DNA from: Syntrophomonadaceae bacterium
Lineage (GTDB): Bacteria; Bacillota; Dethiobacteria; DTU022; UBA8154
Assembly (NCBI GenBank): GCA_003563895.1
Contig: PWTK01000029.1
Location: 2,378-66,377, forward strand
DNA length: 64,000 nt
Direction of reading: 5' to 3'
The notes under the pieces are model-generated. The model was not told the DNA's origin. It searched no databases and saw only the letters and a program-made list of their open reading frames with translations. The translations under genes were made by a program, and so were the position numbers. Numbering within the stretch: the stretch's first letter is position 1; the number at the start of each line of letters is the position of its first letter. Positions 9,730 through 17,314 of this stretch are shown here, piece by piece.

Positions 9730-10077
9730 TCAGCGCGCTTTCAAATTGGACAGCGCTGCCACAATCGCCACAAAAAGGACGACAACCTCTCCCAGGGTGT
9801 CAAAAGCCCTGTAATCTGTAATAATGGCTGTAACAACATTAACTGCGCCGGTCTCTTCCGGGGCCCTGCCCAAGTATCTTTCCGGTACAACATTGTGGGC
9901 CGGGGTGTCCACGGCCCCAAAGGTGGGCATTTCCGATACCGTCATCACCAGCGCATAGCCAATAATGAACACGAGCAGCACAATAAGAACGTGCCTGATA
10001 TAGCCCGCCGGCAGGTAAAAAAACACGTAAGCCATAAGCAGCAGGATGCCGACCGCAACATAAGGATTGACTTCCAT
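9730..10077 (-). CDS. MnhB-related small subunit (MbhE-type)
   Basis: 115-aa ORF with the motif VVTAIITDYRAFDTLGE, typical of MrpA C-terminal / MbhE proteins. Confidence 0.75.
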   Translation of the reverse strand: MEVNPYVAVGILLLMAYVFFYLPAGYIRHVLIVLLVFIIGYALVMTVSEMPTFGAVDTPAHNVVPERYLGRAPEETGAVNVVTAIITDYRAFDTLGEVVVLFVAIVAALSNLKAR

Positions 10078-10149
10078 ACCGTTTGTCCCTCCAGCAAAAA
10101 TGCCGTTCCCCGCCCTTATACAGGACCGGCAGGGAAACGCGTGAAACAG

Positions 10150-10300
10150 TCATCCGGACAGTTCATCGCACAGCAGCCTTTCCCCGCTGCCTCGGTGCCC
10201 TAACGGCGTTTCGAGCGACGCCAGGGCAAAGTGGAGTCAAGGAGGTGTGTCCCCATACCTTGAAAAAAGGTGGAGATGAAAACTTCCCCCAAAGGTGGCG
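10150..10300 (+). repeat. Partial copy of dispersed repeat family D inside the Mrp-1 operon
   Basis: aacggcgtttcgagcgacgccagggcaaagtggagtcaagg aggtgtgtccccataccttgaaaaa matches 32724-32790 and 32820-32840. Confidence 0.6.
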
Positions 10301-10348
10301 CTGCCTCCAGGTTCAATGACCCTTTCTCCAGTGGGCTGGATAAATGCA

Positions 10349-10585
10349 TCATTCCAGGCGCTGGGTTTTGCTGATGGTGGCCAGAAACAAAAAGGTGGTC
10401 ACCCCGGCTCCCAGCGCCGCCTCGGTGATGGCGACGTCCGGGGCGCCCAGCATTTGCCAGATAATGGCCATAACCAGGCTGTATGCAGCGAAAATTATCA
10501 CAGCGCTAAGAAGATCGCGCGTGCGGGCCACCGCCACCGCGCTGACGATCAAAAAGGAAAGAAGAAAAAAGTCGAGCAGAGGCAT
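10349..10585 (-). CDS. DUF4040/MbhD-type small membrane subunit
   Basis: 78-aa ORF with 3 TM helices. The paralogue at 54421-54672 shares (Y)S(T/L)(I/V)M(S/A)(L/I)(V/I)WQ...(S/A)PD(I/V)AITEAA(V/L)G. Confidence 0.75.
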   Translation of the reverse strand: MPLLDFFLLSFLIVSAVAVARTRDLLSAVIIFAAYSLVMAIIWQMLGAPDVAITEAALGAGVTTFLFLATISKTQRLE

Positions 10586-10610
10586 ACCGGTCTTGTGACC
10601 TCCCGCAACG

Positions 10611-10946
10611 TTATTTTCCCGATCTCCTGTCTATCTCGAAGCTGCCTTCGGCCATTTCAATCCCGCTGGTGTAGGAAGCTTTGGAGATGACGTGGGCGGC
10701 CGTGGGGTTGGCAATCCATAACAGCACCACAATAATGACCAACTTTCCCGCGATAACCCAATCCCCCTGCAGCGCCAGGCCAACCAGCATAAGGCCGGCA
10801 CCAAGGGTATCGCACTTGGTGGTCGCATGCAGGCGGGTATAAACATCCGGCAGGCGGAGAAGGCCGATAACGCCCACGGCAAAAAAGAAAAGCCCGGCAA
10901 ACAACAAAAAGGACGAAATAATATTGATCACCAAAATTCCCACCAC
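10611..10946 (-). CDS. mnhG: Mrp/Mnh subunit G
   Basis: 111-aa ORF with the motif GLLRLPDVYTRLHATTKCDTLG, typical of the PhaG/MnhG/YufB family. Confidence 0.85.
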   Translation of the reverse strand: MVGILVINIISSFLLFAGLFFFAVGVIGLLRLPDVYTRLHATTKCDTLGAGLMLVGLALQGDWVIAGKLVIIVVLLWIANPTAAHVISKASYTSGIEMAEGSFEIDRRSGK

Positions 10947-10964
10947 CTGCCCGGGAAAATATAT

Positions 10965-11228
10965 TCAGTCCAGTGCCCCTTTTTCCATGTACTTGGCTAC
11001 CCCGATGGTCATAACAAAGGCGATCAGGGCATAAACAAGCGCCACATCAAGAAAAAATTCCTGCCCGAAAATGAAGGAAACAAGGCCTATGATTACCATG
11101 GTCTTTGTGCCGATTACGTTGATCGCGGCCACGCGGTCAGCCGCTGTCGGCCCGACCGCTGCCCGCAAAAGACAGAGAAAGGTCAGTGCCAGGAGTCCGA
11201 CAGCAGAGATGATGTATACGGTTTCCAC
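10965..11228 (-). CDS. mnhF: Mrp/Mnh subunit F
   Basis: 87-aa ORF with a GTG start after GGGGGA. LRAAVGPTAADRVAAINVIGT resembles the MrpF/PhaF family; paralogue at 55112-55378. Confidence 0.8.
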   Translation of the reverse strand: METVYIISAVGLLALTFLCLLRAAVGPTAADRVAAINVIGTKTMVIIGLVSFIFGQEFFLDVALVYALIAFVMTIGVAKYMEKGALD

Positions 11229-11485
11229 AGCTTCATTCCCCCTTGAACCCCGAGTTTTGGGGTTTTAAGCAAGCGCAAAAAGAACTGTGCCGACCCACCG
11301 GCCCCTGTTTTCAGCCGGCAGCAATCACCCGCTTCACCTGGCAGGAAACCTGCTTCACAGGCCTCCGGCCGGGCGGTCTTCCACCGGACTGTTTTCACCC
11401 CGGTCCGCAGGCGGCGGCAGCGGCAGAAAGCGGCAATGCCGATTTTCCGCGGCCCTGCCTCCGGCGGCAGCGGGGCAACCGCTTT

Positions 11486-12019
11486 TCAAAAAGGTGCATC
11501 GGCAGAGGCGTTTTCATCAGCAGCCTCAATTTTAGCCAATTCTTCGGCAAGTTCCCACGTTACTACTTCTTCTGCATTTTTTCGGGTCAGGGCATGGACC
11601 ATGAATTCTTCCTCCTCGACCAGGACGGTAAGCGTACCGGGGGTCAAAGAAATGGAGTTGGCCAGTATGGTTTTATGCAACCCCGTTTTCATCGGGCTGC
11701 CAAACCTGACCATGCCCGGGGATATGGGCATTCGAGGGTCGAGAACCAATACAGCTACCTGGATATTGGCCAAAATGATGGCTTTGAACAAATGAAGCCC
11801 GTAACGCAGGTAAAGGAGCGCGGCCCTGGTTTCCAGCAAAACCCTTTCATCCCTCCGGAAAAAAAGGTCGTTGTTAAACCAGGAAACCCCGAGCACCACC
11901 AGCAAGCCCAGCAGCAGTTGCTGGTAGTGGAGAGAACCGGTCACAACGATCCAGAACAACCAAAGCACTGCCGCCGAACCCCAAAAAGTGCTGTCGTATC
12001 GTTTGTTTCTCCTCTTCAT
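11486..12019 (-). CDS. mnhE: Mrp/Mnh subunit E
   Basis: 177-aa ORF with MnhE-like motifs (ISLTPGTLTV; the paralogue has ITLTPGTISV). Its ATG overlaps the moaC stop (ATGA). Confidence 0.85.
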   Translation of the reverse strand: MKRRNKRYDSTFWGSAAVLWLFWIVVTGSLHYQQLLLGLLVVLGVSWFNNDLFFRRDERVLLETRAALLYLRYGLHLFKAIILANIQVAVLVLDPRMPISPGMVRFGSPMKTGLHKTILANSISLTPGTLTVLVEEEEFMVHALTRKNAEEVVTWELAEELAKIEAADENASADAPF

Positions 12020-12513
12020 CCTTCTTCACCCCGGGGGCGGAAATAGTGGCCGCTTCTCCCCCCCATCTTCTCCAGGAGAAAAATGTTTCCTATCTCGATT
12101 TCCCGGTCAACCGCTTTGCACATATCATAAACGGTTAACGCCGCAATGCTGGCGGCCGTTAAAGCTTCCATCTCCACCCCGGTCCTGGATTCCACCCCGA
12201 CGGAAGCCTCAATCAGGATCGAGTTCGACGCGTCGTCAATGTGAAAGCTCAGGTCCACCCCTGAAAGGGGCAGCGGGTGGCACATGGGGATGAGGCTTGG
12301 GGTCTGCTTGGCACCCATCACCCCGGCCACCTGGGCCACCCCCAGCACATCTCCTTTGGCCATTTTTCCCTCACGGATCATGTGCAGGGTTTCGGGCTTC
12401 ATATACACCCGCGCCTGCGCCCTGGCCATCCGCCGGGTTGTTTGTTTGTCACCGACATCCACCATACGGCCTCGCCCTTCTTCGTTAAAATGGGTCAGCT
12501 TCTTTTCTTCCAA
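12016..12513 (-). CDS. moaC: Cyclic pyranopterin monophosphate synthase MoaC
   Basis: ORF 12016-12564, with start revised to TTG 12513, giving the typical N-terminus (M)EEKKLTHFNEEGRGRMVDV. Motif LIPMCHPL. Confidence 0.9.
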   Translation of the reverse strand: MEEKKLTHFNEEGRGRMVDVGDKQTTRRMARAQARVYMKPETLHMIREGKMAKGDVLGVAQVAGVMGAKQTPSLIPMCHPLPLSGVDLSFHIDDASNSILIEASVGVESRTGVEMEALTAASIAALTVYDMCKAVDREIEIGNIFLLEKMGGRSGHYFRPRGEEG

Positions 12514-12830
12514 GAGAACATCACCCGCCCGCAAAGGATTTCTCCCAAATACTTTCCGGCTCACCCAAACGTGATTGCCGGACCGAACAAAATCTTTTCA
12601 ATAAATCCCGGCGAACCATACAGCGAGCCTGCCCTGTAAAGAATTTTCCTCATATATTTCGATAAGATGTTTGCGGGATCAACTGCAGGAGCAATCTCCC
12701 CACCGGAATGTCGGCCCAGAACAACAAGATGATGAGTTTAACTATTCTAACCTGGCAATCCGAAATCCTTCCTGGAGGGTGCATTTTTGTGCATGATATC
12801 TTTGAATGCTGGTAAAAAAATGATTATGAA

Positions 12831-12863
12831 GCAAAATAAACGGCAGGGGATTTCCCCTGCCGG
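12831..12863 (-). terminator. Rho-independent terminator downstream of rnfB
   Basis: Minus strand reads CCGGCAGGGGAAATCCCCTGCCG followed by TTTATTTTGC. Confidence 0.7.
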
Positions 12864-12884
12864 GCCAAACAGTTCAGTGATTCC

Positions 12885-13015
12885 ATTCTAAAGATGGGTG
12901 TCTACTTTGAAAATAGAACATGTAGCACAAAGGTACGCCGCCAAACAGCAATCGATTTTCATCCTTCTAATGATGCCCCCTTATTGTGCCCGTATTGTGG
13001 AGGCATGAGGGGTTG
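12885..13015 (-). repeat. Repeat family C, one full unit plus the start of the next (inverted relative to the other copies)
   Basis: The reverse complement matches 42066-42168 (...catgcctccacaatacggg...ggatgaaaatcgattgctgtttggcg...gttctattttcaaagtag acacccat). Confidence 0.75.
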
Positions 13016-13311
13016 CCCTGAAAATGCAATTCCGCCGCAATGAATCTCCTGCTTGAAGGGGAACATTTTCGCCCTTCTGATGGTAAAGCGAAGCTTCTTG
13101 CTCGGCTCATCGGTTATAACCTCGATCGGAGACCACAGGTCCTTGTTTGCTTTCAGGACCGCTGTACGGGCTGGAATTGTGAGGGAAGTTCCAACGCTGC
13201 CAGGAATTTTGGAAACGCACCCCCAAACCGCCGGCTGCCGGCAGGAAAGCAAACACATAATCCCCGCTGCAACCGAGTCACAAAAAGCCGCAGAGGTTTT
13301 GACACGTGGGG

Positions 13312-14124
13312 TCAGCTCACATAGACCTTGCCCACGTCCCTGATAATCCCCCTCTTGCAAACCTTCACACACTCGCCGCAGTCATCGCATTTATCGCTGT
13401 CGATATAGGCCAGGTTTTCCTCCACCACGATGGCATCCTGCGGGCAGGCCTTGACGCAGGCTTTATCGCCAATACACCCCACCTCGCACACCTGGCGGGT
13501 TGTTTTGCCGCGATCCTTGGAGTTGCAGGGGACGTATTTGCCGCCGCGGTCGGCTTTTTCGATTTGGATAATGTCGCGCGGGCAGGCCTTGACACAAATG
13601 CCGCACCCGGTGCATTTTTCCTCATCCACGATGGGGATCCCCTGGCTCCCCGGATGAATTGCCTCAAAGGGGCAGACTTCCACGCAGGTGTCCAGGCCCA
13701 GGCAGCCGTACTGGCAGGCCTTGAACCCTCCGCTCATTTTCTGGGCGGCATTGCAGTCCTTTACGCCGTGGTACTCAAACCGATCCGGGGCCACATCCGG
13801 CGTTCCGATGCAGTAGACCACGGCCACCCTCCTCTCTTCGGAGGCGACCGACTCCAGGCCGAGCAGCTCACAGATGCTGTTGATTGTCTCTTTTCCCGCC
13901 GGGATACAACCGTCCACCGGCGCCTCGCCGCAGACAACGTTCTCAGCAAAGCTTATGCAGCCCGGCCAGCCGCAGGCTCCGCAGTTGGCATTGGGAAGAA
14001 GGTCGCAAATCGTTTCCACGCGGGGGTCTTCTTCAACGGCGAAGCGCTGCGCCGCGACGGCCAGCAGCCCTCCGAAAAGCAAGCCCAACCCCCCTATAAT
14101 AGCCAGAGCTTGGATCAGGTCCAC
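13312..14124 (-). CDS. rnfB: Rnf complex subunit B (polyferredoxin-type)
   Basis: 270-aa ORF with an N-terminal TM anchor, a Cys-rich domain and several CxxCxxCxxxCP motifs (CTGCGICVKACP, CDDCGECVKVC). Confidence 0.9.
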   Translation of the reverse strand: MDLIQALAIIGGLGLLFGGLLAVAAQRFAVEEDPRVETICDLLPNANCGACGWPGCISFAENVVCGEAPVDGCIPAGKETINSICELLGLESVASEERRVAVVYCIGTPDVAPDRFEYHGVKDCNAAQKMSGGFKACQYGCLGLDTCVEVCPFEAIHPGSQGIPIVDEEKCTGCGICVKACPRDIIQIEKADRGGKYVPCNSKDRGKTTRQVCEVGCIGDKACVKACPQDAIVVEENLAYIDSDKCDDCGECVKVCKRGIIRDVGKVYVS

Positions 14125-14138
14125 TCTTTCTCACCTCC

Positions 14139-14717
14139 CTATAAAGTCACCATTCCGGCAAATCCCATAAAAGCGAGGGAAAGGATGCCCGCCGTTACCA
14201 ACGTAACGGAAGCTCCTCTTAAAAAGCTGGACATACTCACCAGTTCCATTCTCTCCCTGATTCCGGCCATGACCACCACGGCAATGGTAAAACCAATGGC
14301 CGCAGCGATGGCATAAACGATGGTTTGGATGATGTTGTGCCCTTGGTCGATGTTCAATATGGCCACGCCCAGGATGGCACAGTTGGTGGTCATGAGGGGC
14401 AGATAGATGCCCAGCGCCCGAAAAAGGGTGGGGTTGGTCTTTTTGAGCACGATCTCCACCAGCTGCACCAGGGATGAAATCACCAGGATGAAGGAGATGG
14501 TCCTCAGGTAATGGAGGTTCAGGGGTTCAAGTATCCCGTAAAAAATCAGCCAGGAAATAACGGCTGCCAGGGTCATCACAAAAATTACCCCCATCCCCAT
14601 TCCCAGGGAGGTCTCCACTCTCTGGGTTACCCCCATGTAGGGACAGATGCCCAGGAACTGCATTAAGACGATGTTATTTGCCAGTATCGCCACAAATATG
14701 ATCGGCAGCAGGTCCAT
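14139..14717 (-). CDS. rnfA: Rnf complex subunit A
   Basis: 192-aa polytopic ORF of the RnfA/NqrE family. Its position in the rnfCDGEAB order supports the call. Confidence 0.9.
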   Translation of the reverse strand: MDLLPIIFVAILANNIVLMQFLGICPYMGVTQRVETSLGMGMGVIFVMTLAAVISWLIFYGILEPLNLHYLRTISFILVISSLVQLVEIVLKKTNPTLFRALGIYLPLMTTNCAILGVAILNIDQGHNIIQTIVYAIAAAIGFTIAVVVMAGIRERMELVSMSSFLRGASVTLVTAGILSLAFMGFAGMVTL

Positions 14718-14747
14718 TTTTCATGCCTCCCTTAACTCGTTAGTCCG

Positions 14748-15350
14748 CTACTCAATACCGAGGCGCTTGAACATTACATTAAACAGGGCCACCAGCACGC
14801 CAAGGGCGATGAATGCCCCCGGAGGAGAGGCCAGAAGCCCCATCGGTTCAAAGGCGGTACCCACAATATTAAACCCAAATAAGGTGCCGGCGCCAAGAAT
14901 TTCCCTGACGATGCCCAATACCGTCAGGGCGATGGTGAAGCCGATCCCCACGCCCAGGGCATCAATGATGGACCGGCCGATGGTGTTTTTGCGCGCAAAC
15001 GCCTCAGCCCTTCCCATAATCATGCAGTTCACCACGATTAAGGGAATAAATATACCCAGCGCCTCGTGCAGATCCGGAAGAAATGCGTTCAAGGTCAGGT
15101 CCACGATGGTCACAAACGTAGCAATGATCAGGATGAAAGCGGGAATCCGGACCCGGCTGGGAACAAAATCTTTAATCGCCGACACCACGATGTTGGAACC
15201 CAGCAGCACAAATGTGGCCGCGATGCCCATTCCAAAAGCGTTAAAGGCCGTGATCGACACGGCTAGAACCGGGCAAAGCCCCAACAAAAGGCGGAAAACC
15301 GGGTTTTCCACGAAGATGCCCTTGCTGAACTCTTGAGCAATGGTCCTCAC
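14748..15350 (-). CDS. rnfE: Rnf complex subunit E
   Basis: 200-aa polytopic ORF of the RnfE/NqrD family. GTG start 7 nt after GGAGGTG. Confidence 0.9.
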   Translation of the reverse strand: MRTIAQEFSKGIFVENPVFRLLLGLCPVLAVSITAFNAFGMGIAATFVLLGSNIVVSAIKDFVPSRVRIPAFILIIATFVTIVDLTLNAFLPDLHEALGIFIPLIVVNCMIMGRAEAFARKNTIGRSIIDALGVGIGFTIALTVLGIVREILGAGTLFGFNIVGTAFEPMGLLASPPGAFIALGVLVALFNVMFKRLGIE

Positions 15351-15405
15351 TACGTTTCACCTCCATAAAGTCCCTGTCTCAAAAAAACTGCTGCATGAAA
15401 ATCAA

Positions 15406-15536
15406 GGCTCTTTTAAATTAAAGTGCTGATATTGTTTGGAATTTAGGTGCTGTGTCCTCGAACAAGAAAATGGAAAACGAAATGAGGTAAGCAATAAAGG
15501 GTATTTAATGCTATCAACAATGCTTTTAAAAAGAGC
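15406..15536. mobile_element. 131-bp AT-rich MITE-like insertion between rnfG and rnfE
   Basis: Terminal inverted repeats ggctcttttaaa / ttaaaaagagcc. Flanking 8-bp direct repeats aaaatcaa / aaaattaa. AT-rich against GC-rich surroundings. Confidence 0.6.
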
Positions 15537-15545
15537 CAAAATTAA

Positions 15546-16367
15546 TTAGTTTAAAGCGTCAGCCACAGCCTCCACAATTCCTTCGGCACTTGCCGTGGCA
15601 CCGGACACCATCTCCACATCGTGGCTCTGCGCTTCAATAATGCGTCCGGGCATTTCCGCAGCTGCCTGGTCGAAATAATCAGGCGTATCGTCGTGGGAAA
15701 TGATCTCAATATCCGTGATCTCTCCTCCGCTTACTGTTACTTCGACCTCGATGTCATCTGCGAAACCAGTTCCCACACCGGTGTAAGTCCCATCGTCCAC
15801 CGCCGAGGGATCGATCTCCACCACTTCGACTTCCAATCCCAGGAACTCCATGCCGATGGTATCCACTTCCTCGCGTATGGAACTGACGATACCTCTTAAG
15901 GTGACCGTGGCACCGGATATTGCATCGACGTCTACATCCACGGCAATTTCATCATCAAAGGTGAGCCCCACGATTTGTTGTTCCTGCCATTCTTCTTCTG
16001 CAATGAAGTCTCCTATCCCCGGGGTTTCGGTGTGGGATACAACCCGAATGCCGACAATTTCCCCCTCCATGTCGACGGCCAGGTCGTAACGGATGGGTTC
16101 ATCGCCGTAGCCGCTGGCCCTGGCTTGCGCCACTACGCCGATTTCGTTGCCGGCTGCGTCATAGGCAATAAAGTACTTCTGGTCGTTGATTTCCTTTTCT
16201 TCGGCCTCCTCCACTTCGGGGAAGAAACCCTCCAGCGCCTCCAGGAACTCCCGCTGCTGCCGCTCTTCTATAATGGGCTCGGTATAGCTGTTTACAGCAG
16301 AGAGAAGGCCTCCGCAAACGCCGCCGATGATCAACAGGGTTACGGCCATACGCAAACCTTCACGCAT
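15546..16367 (-). CDS. rnfG: Rnf complex subunit G with an extra C-terminal FMN-binding domain
   Basis: 273-aa ORF. It has a TM anchor, an FMN_bind domain ending ISGATVTLRG and a second FMN_bind-like domain ending VSGATASAEG. Confidence 0.9.
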   Translation of the reverse strand: MREGLRMAVTLLIIGGVCGGLLSAVNSYTEPIIEERQQREFLEALEGFFPEVEEAEEKEINDQKYFIAYDAAGNEIGVVAQARASGYGDEPIRYDLAVDMEGEIVGIRVVSHTETPGIGDFIAEEEWQEQQIVGLTFDDEIAVDVDVDAISGATVTLRGIVSSIREEVDTIGMEFLGLEVEVVEIDPSAVDDGTYTGVGTGFADDIEVEVTVSGGEITDIEIISHDDTPDYFDQAAAEMPGRIIEAQSHDVEMVSGATASAEGIVEAVADALN

Positions 16368-16368
16368 C

Positions 16369-17289
16369 TTATTGTTTCACCTCCCCAAATTTTTTCGGTA
16401 TGGTCAGGCTGTCAATGAAAGGCGTCAGCCCGTTCATCAACAGGATACCATATGTCACGCCTTCCGGATAACCCCCCCAGAACCGGATGGCCATGGTCAC
16501 TGCGGCACATCCCGCTCCGAAAATAAGTTTCCCGGTAGGGGTTACCGGAGATGTCACCATGTCGGTGGCCATATAGAGCGCCCCCAGCATCACGCCTCCG
16601 GCCAGGACGTGGTAAAGGCCCATGGTGAATCCGCCGTCGAAAAGACCCAGGATAAAGACCACGCCGATAAAGCTGCCCGGGATGCGCCAGTCGATATGTC
16701 CCCTGTAGAATAAAAAGATAGCACCGATAATGAGGGCCAGGGCGGAAGTTTCTCCGAGAGAACCGGGGACGGTTCCGATGAACAGATCCAGCAGAGAAGC
16801 ATCATAGGTCTCCAGTGGCGTGGCCTGGGTAGTCAGATCTACTGTAAAGTTAAAGGGCTCAGGCCTTCCCCATATGTCCCCGGCCATGTGCCCAGCCCAG
16901 GAAACCAGCAGGACGGCACGGCCAACCAGGGCCGGGTTAAAAGTGTTGTTCCCGATCCCCCCGAAAAGATGCTTGCCAATGCCGATCGACACTGCTGAAC
17001 CGACAACAACCAGCCACCAGGAAGCGTCCGGGGGAAGGCACATCGCCAGCAGCAGGCCCGTTACCGCAGCGCTGCCGTCACCAAAAAATCCCTTTCGAAG
17101 AATCACCGCTTCTGTAGCCATGGCGGCCAATATCGCGATAACCATCGTAATCAGGGCATGATAGCCGAAAAGAAATACCGCCATCAAGGCAACCGGAAAA
17201 AGAGCGACCAGGACATCGACCATGATGCTCTGAATATCTTCCGGCGATTTAAAGTGCGGCGATGATGAAACGACAAGCTTTCTCTCCAT
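16369..17289 (-). CDS. rnfD: Rnf complex subunit D
   Basis: 306-aa polytopic ORF of the RnfD/NqrB family, starting MERKLVVSSSPH. Confidence 0.9.
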   Translation of the reverse strand: MERKLVVSSSPHFKSPEDIQSIMVDVLVALFPVALMAVFLFGYHALITMVIAILAAMATEAVILRKGFFGDGSAAVTGLLLAMCLPPDASWWLVVVGSAVSIGIGKHLFGGIGNNTFNPALVGRAVLLVSWAGHMAGDIWGRPEPFNFTVDLTTQATPLETYDASLLDLFIGTVPGSLGETSALALIIGAIFLFYRGHIDWRIPGSFIGVVFILGLFDGGFTMGLYHVLAGGVMLGALYMATDMVTSPVTPTGKLIFGAGCAAVTMAIRFWGGYPEGVTYGILLMNGLTPFIDSLTIPKKFGEVKQ

Positions 17290-17314
17290 TTTATAATCCC
17301 TCCTCCATTCGTTG

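Noticed and set aside
12565-12830. Looked for a Moco riboswitch upstream of moaC
   Set aside because: The leader has hairpins (for example gcacaaaaatgc), but I could not find the conserved Moco-motif blocks as I remember them. An Rfam scan would be needed, so it is not called.
12959-13372. 137-aa minus-strand ORF downstream of rnfB. One stretch (SLTIPARTAVLKANKDLWSPIEVITDEPSKKLRFTIRRAK) faintly resembles AbrB/SpoVT-type or IS-transposase fragments.
   Set aside because: Its 5' part overlaps rnfB and its 3' part is made of repeat family C. The resemblance is too weak to call without a search, and there is no SD. At most it is a decayed fragment.
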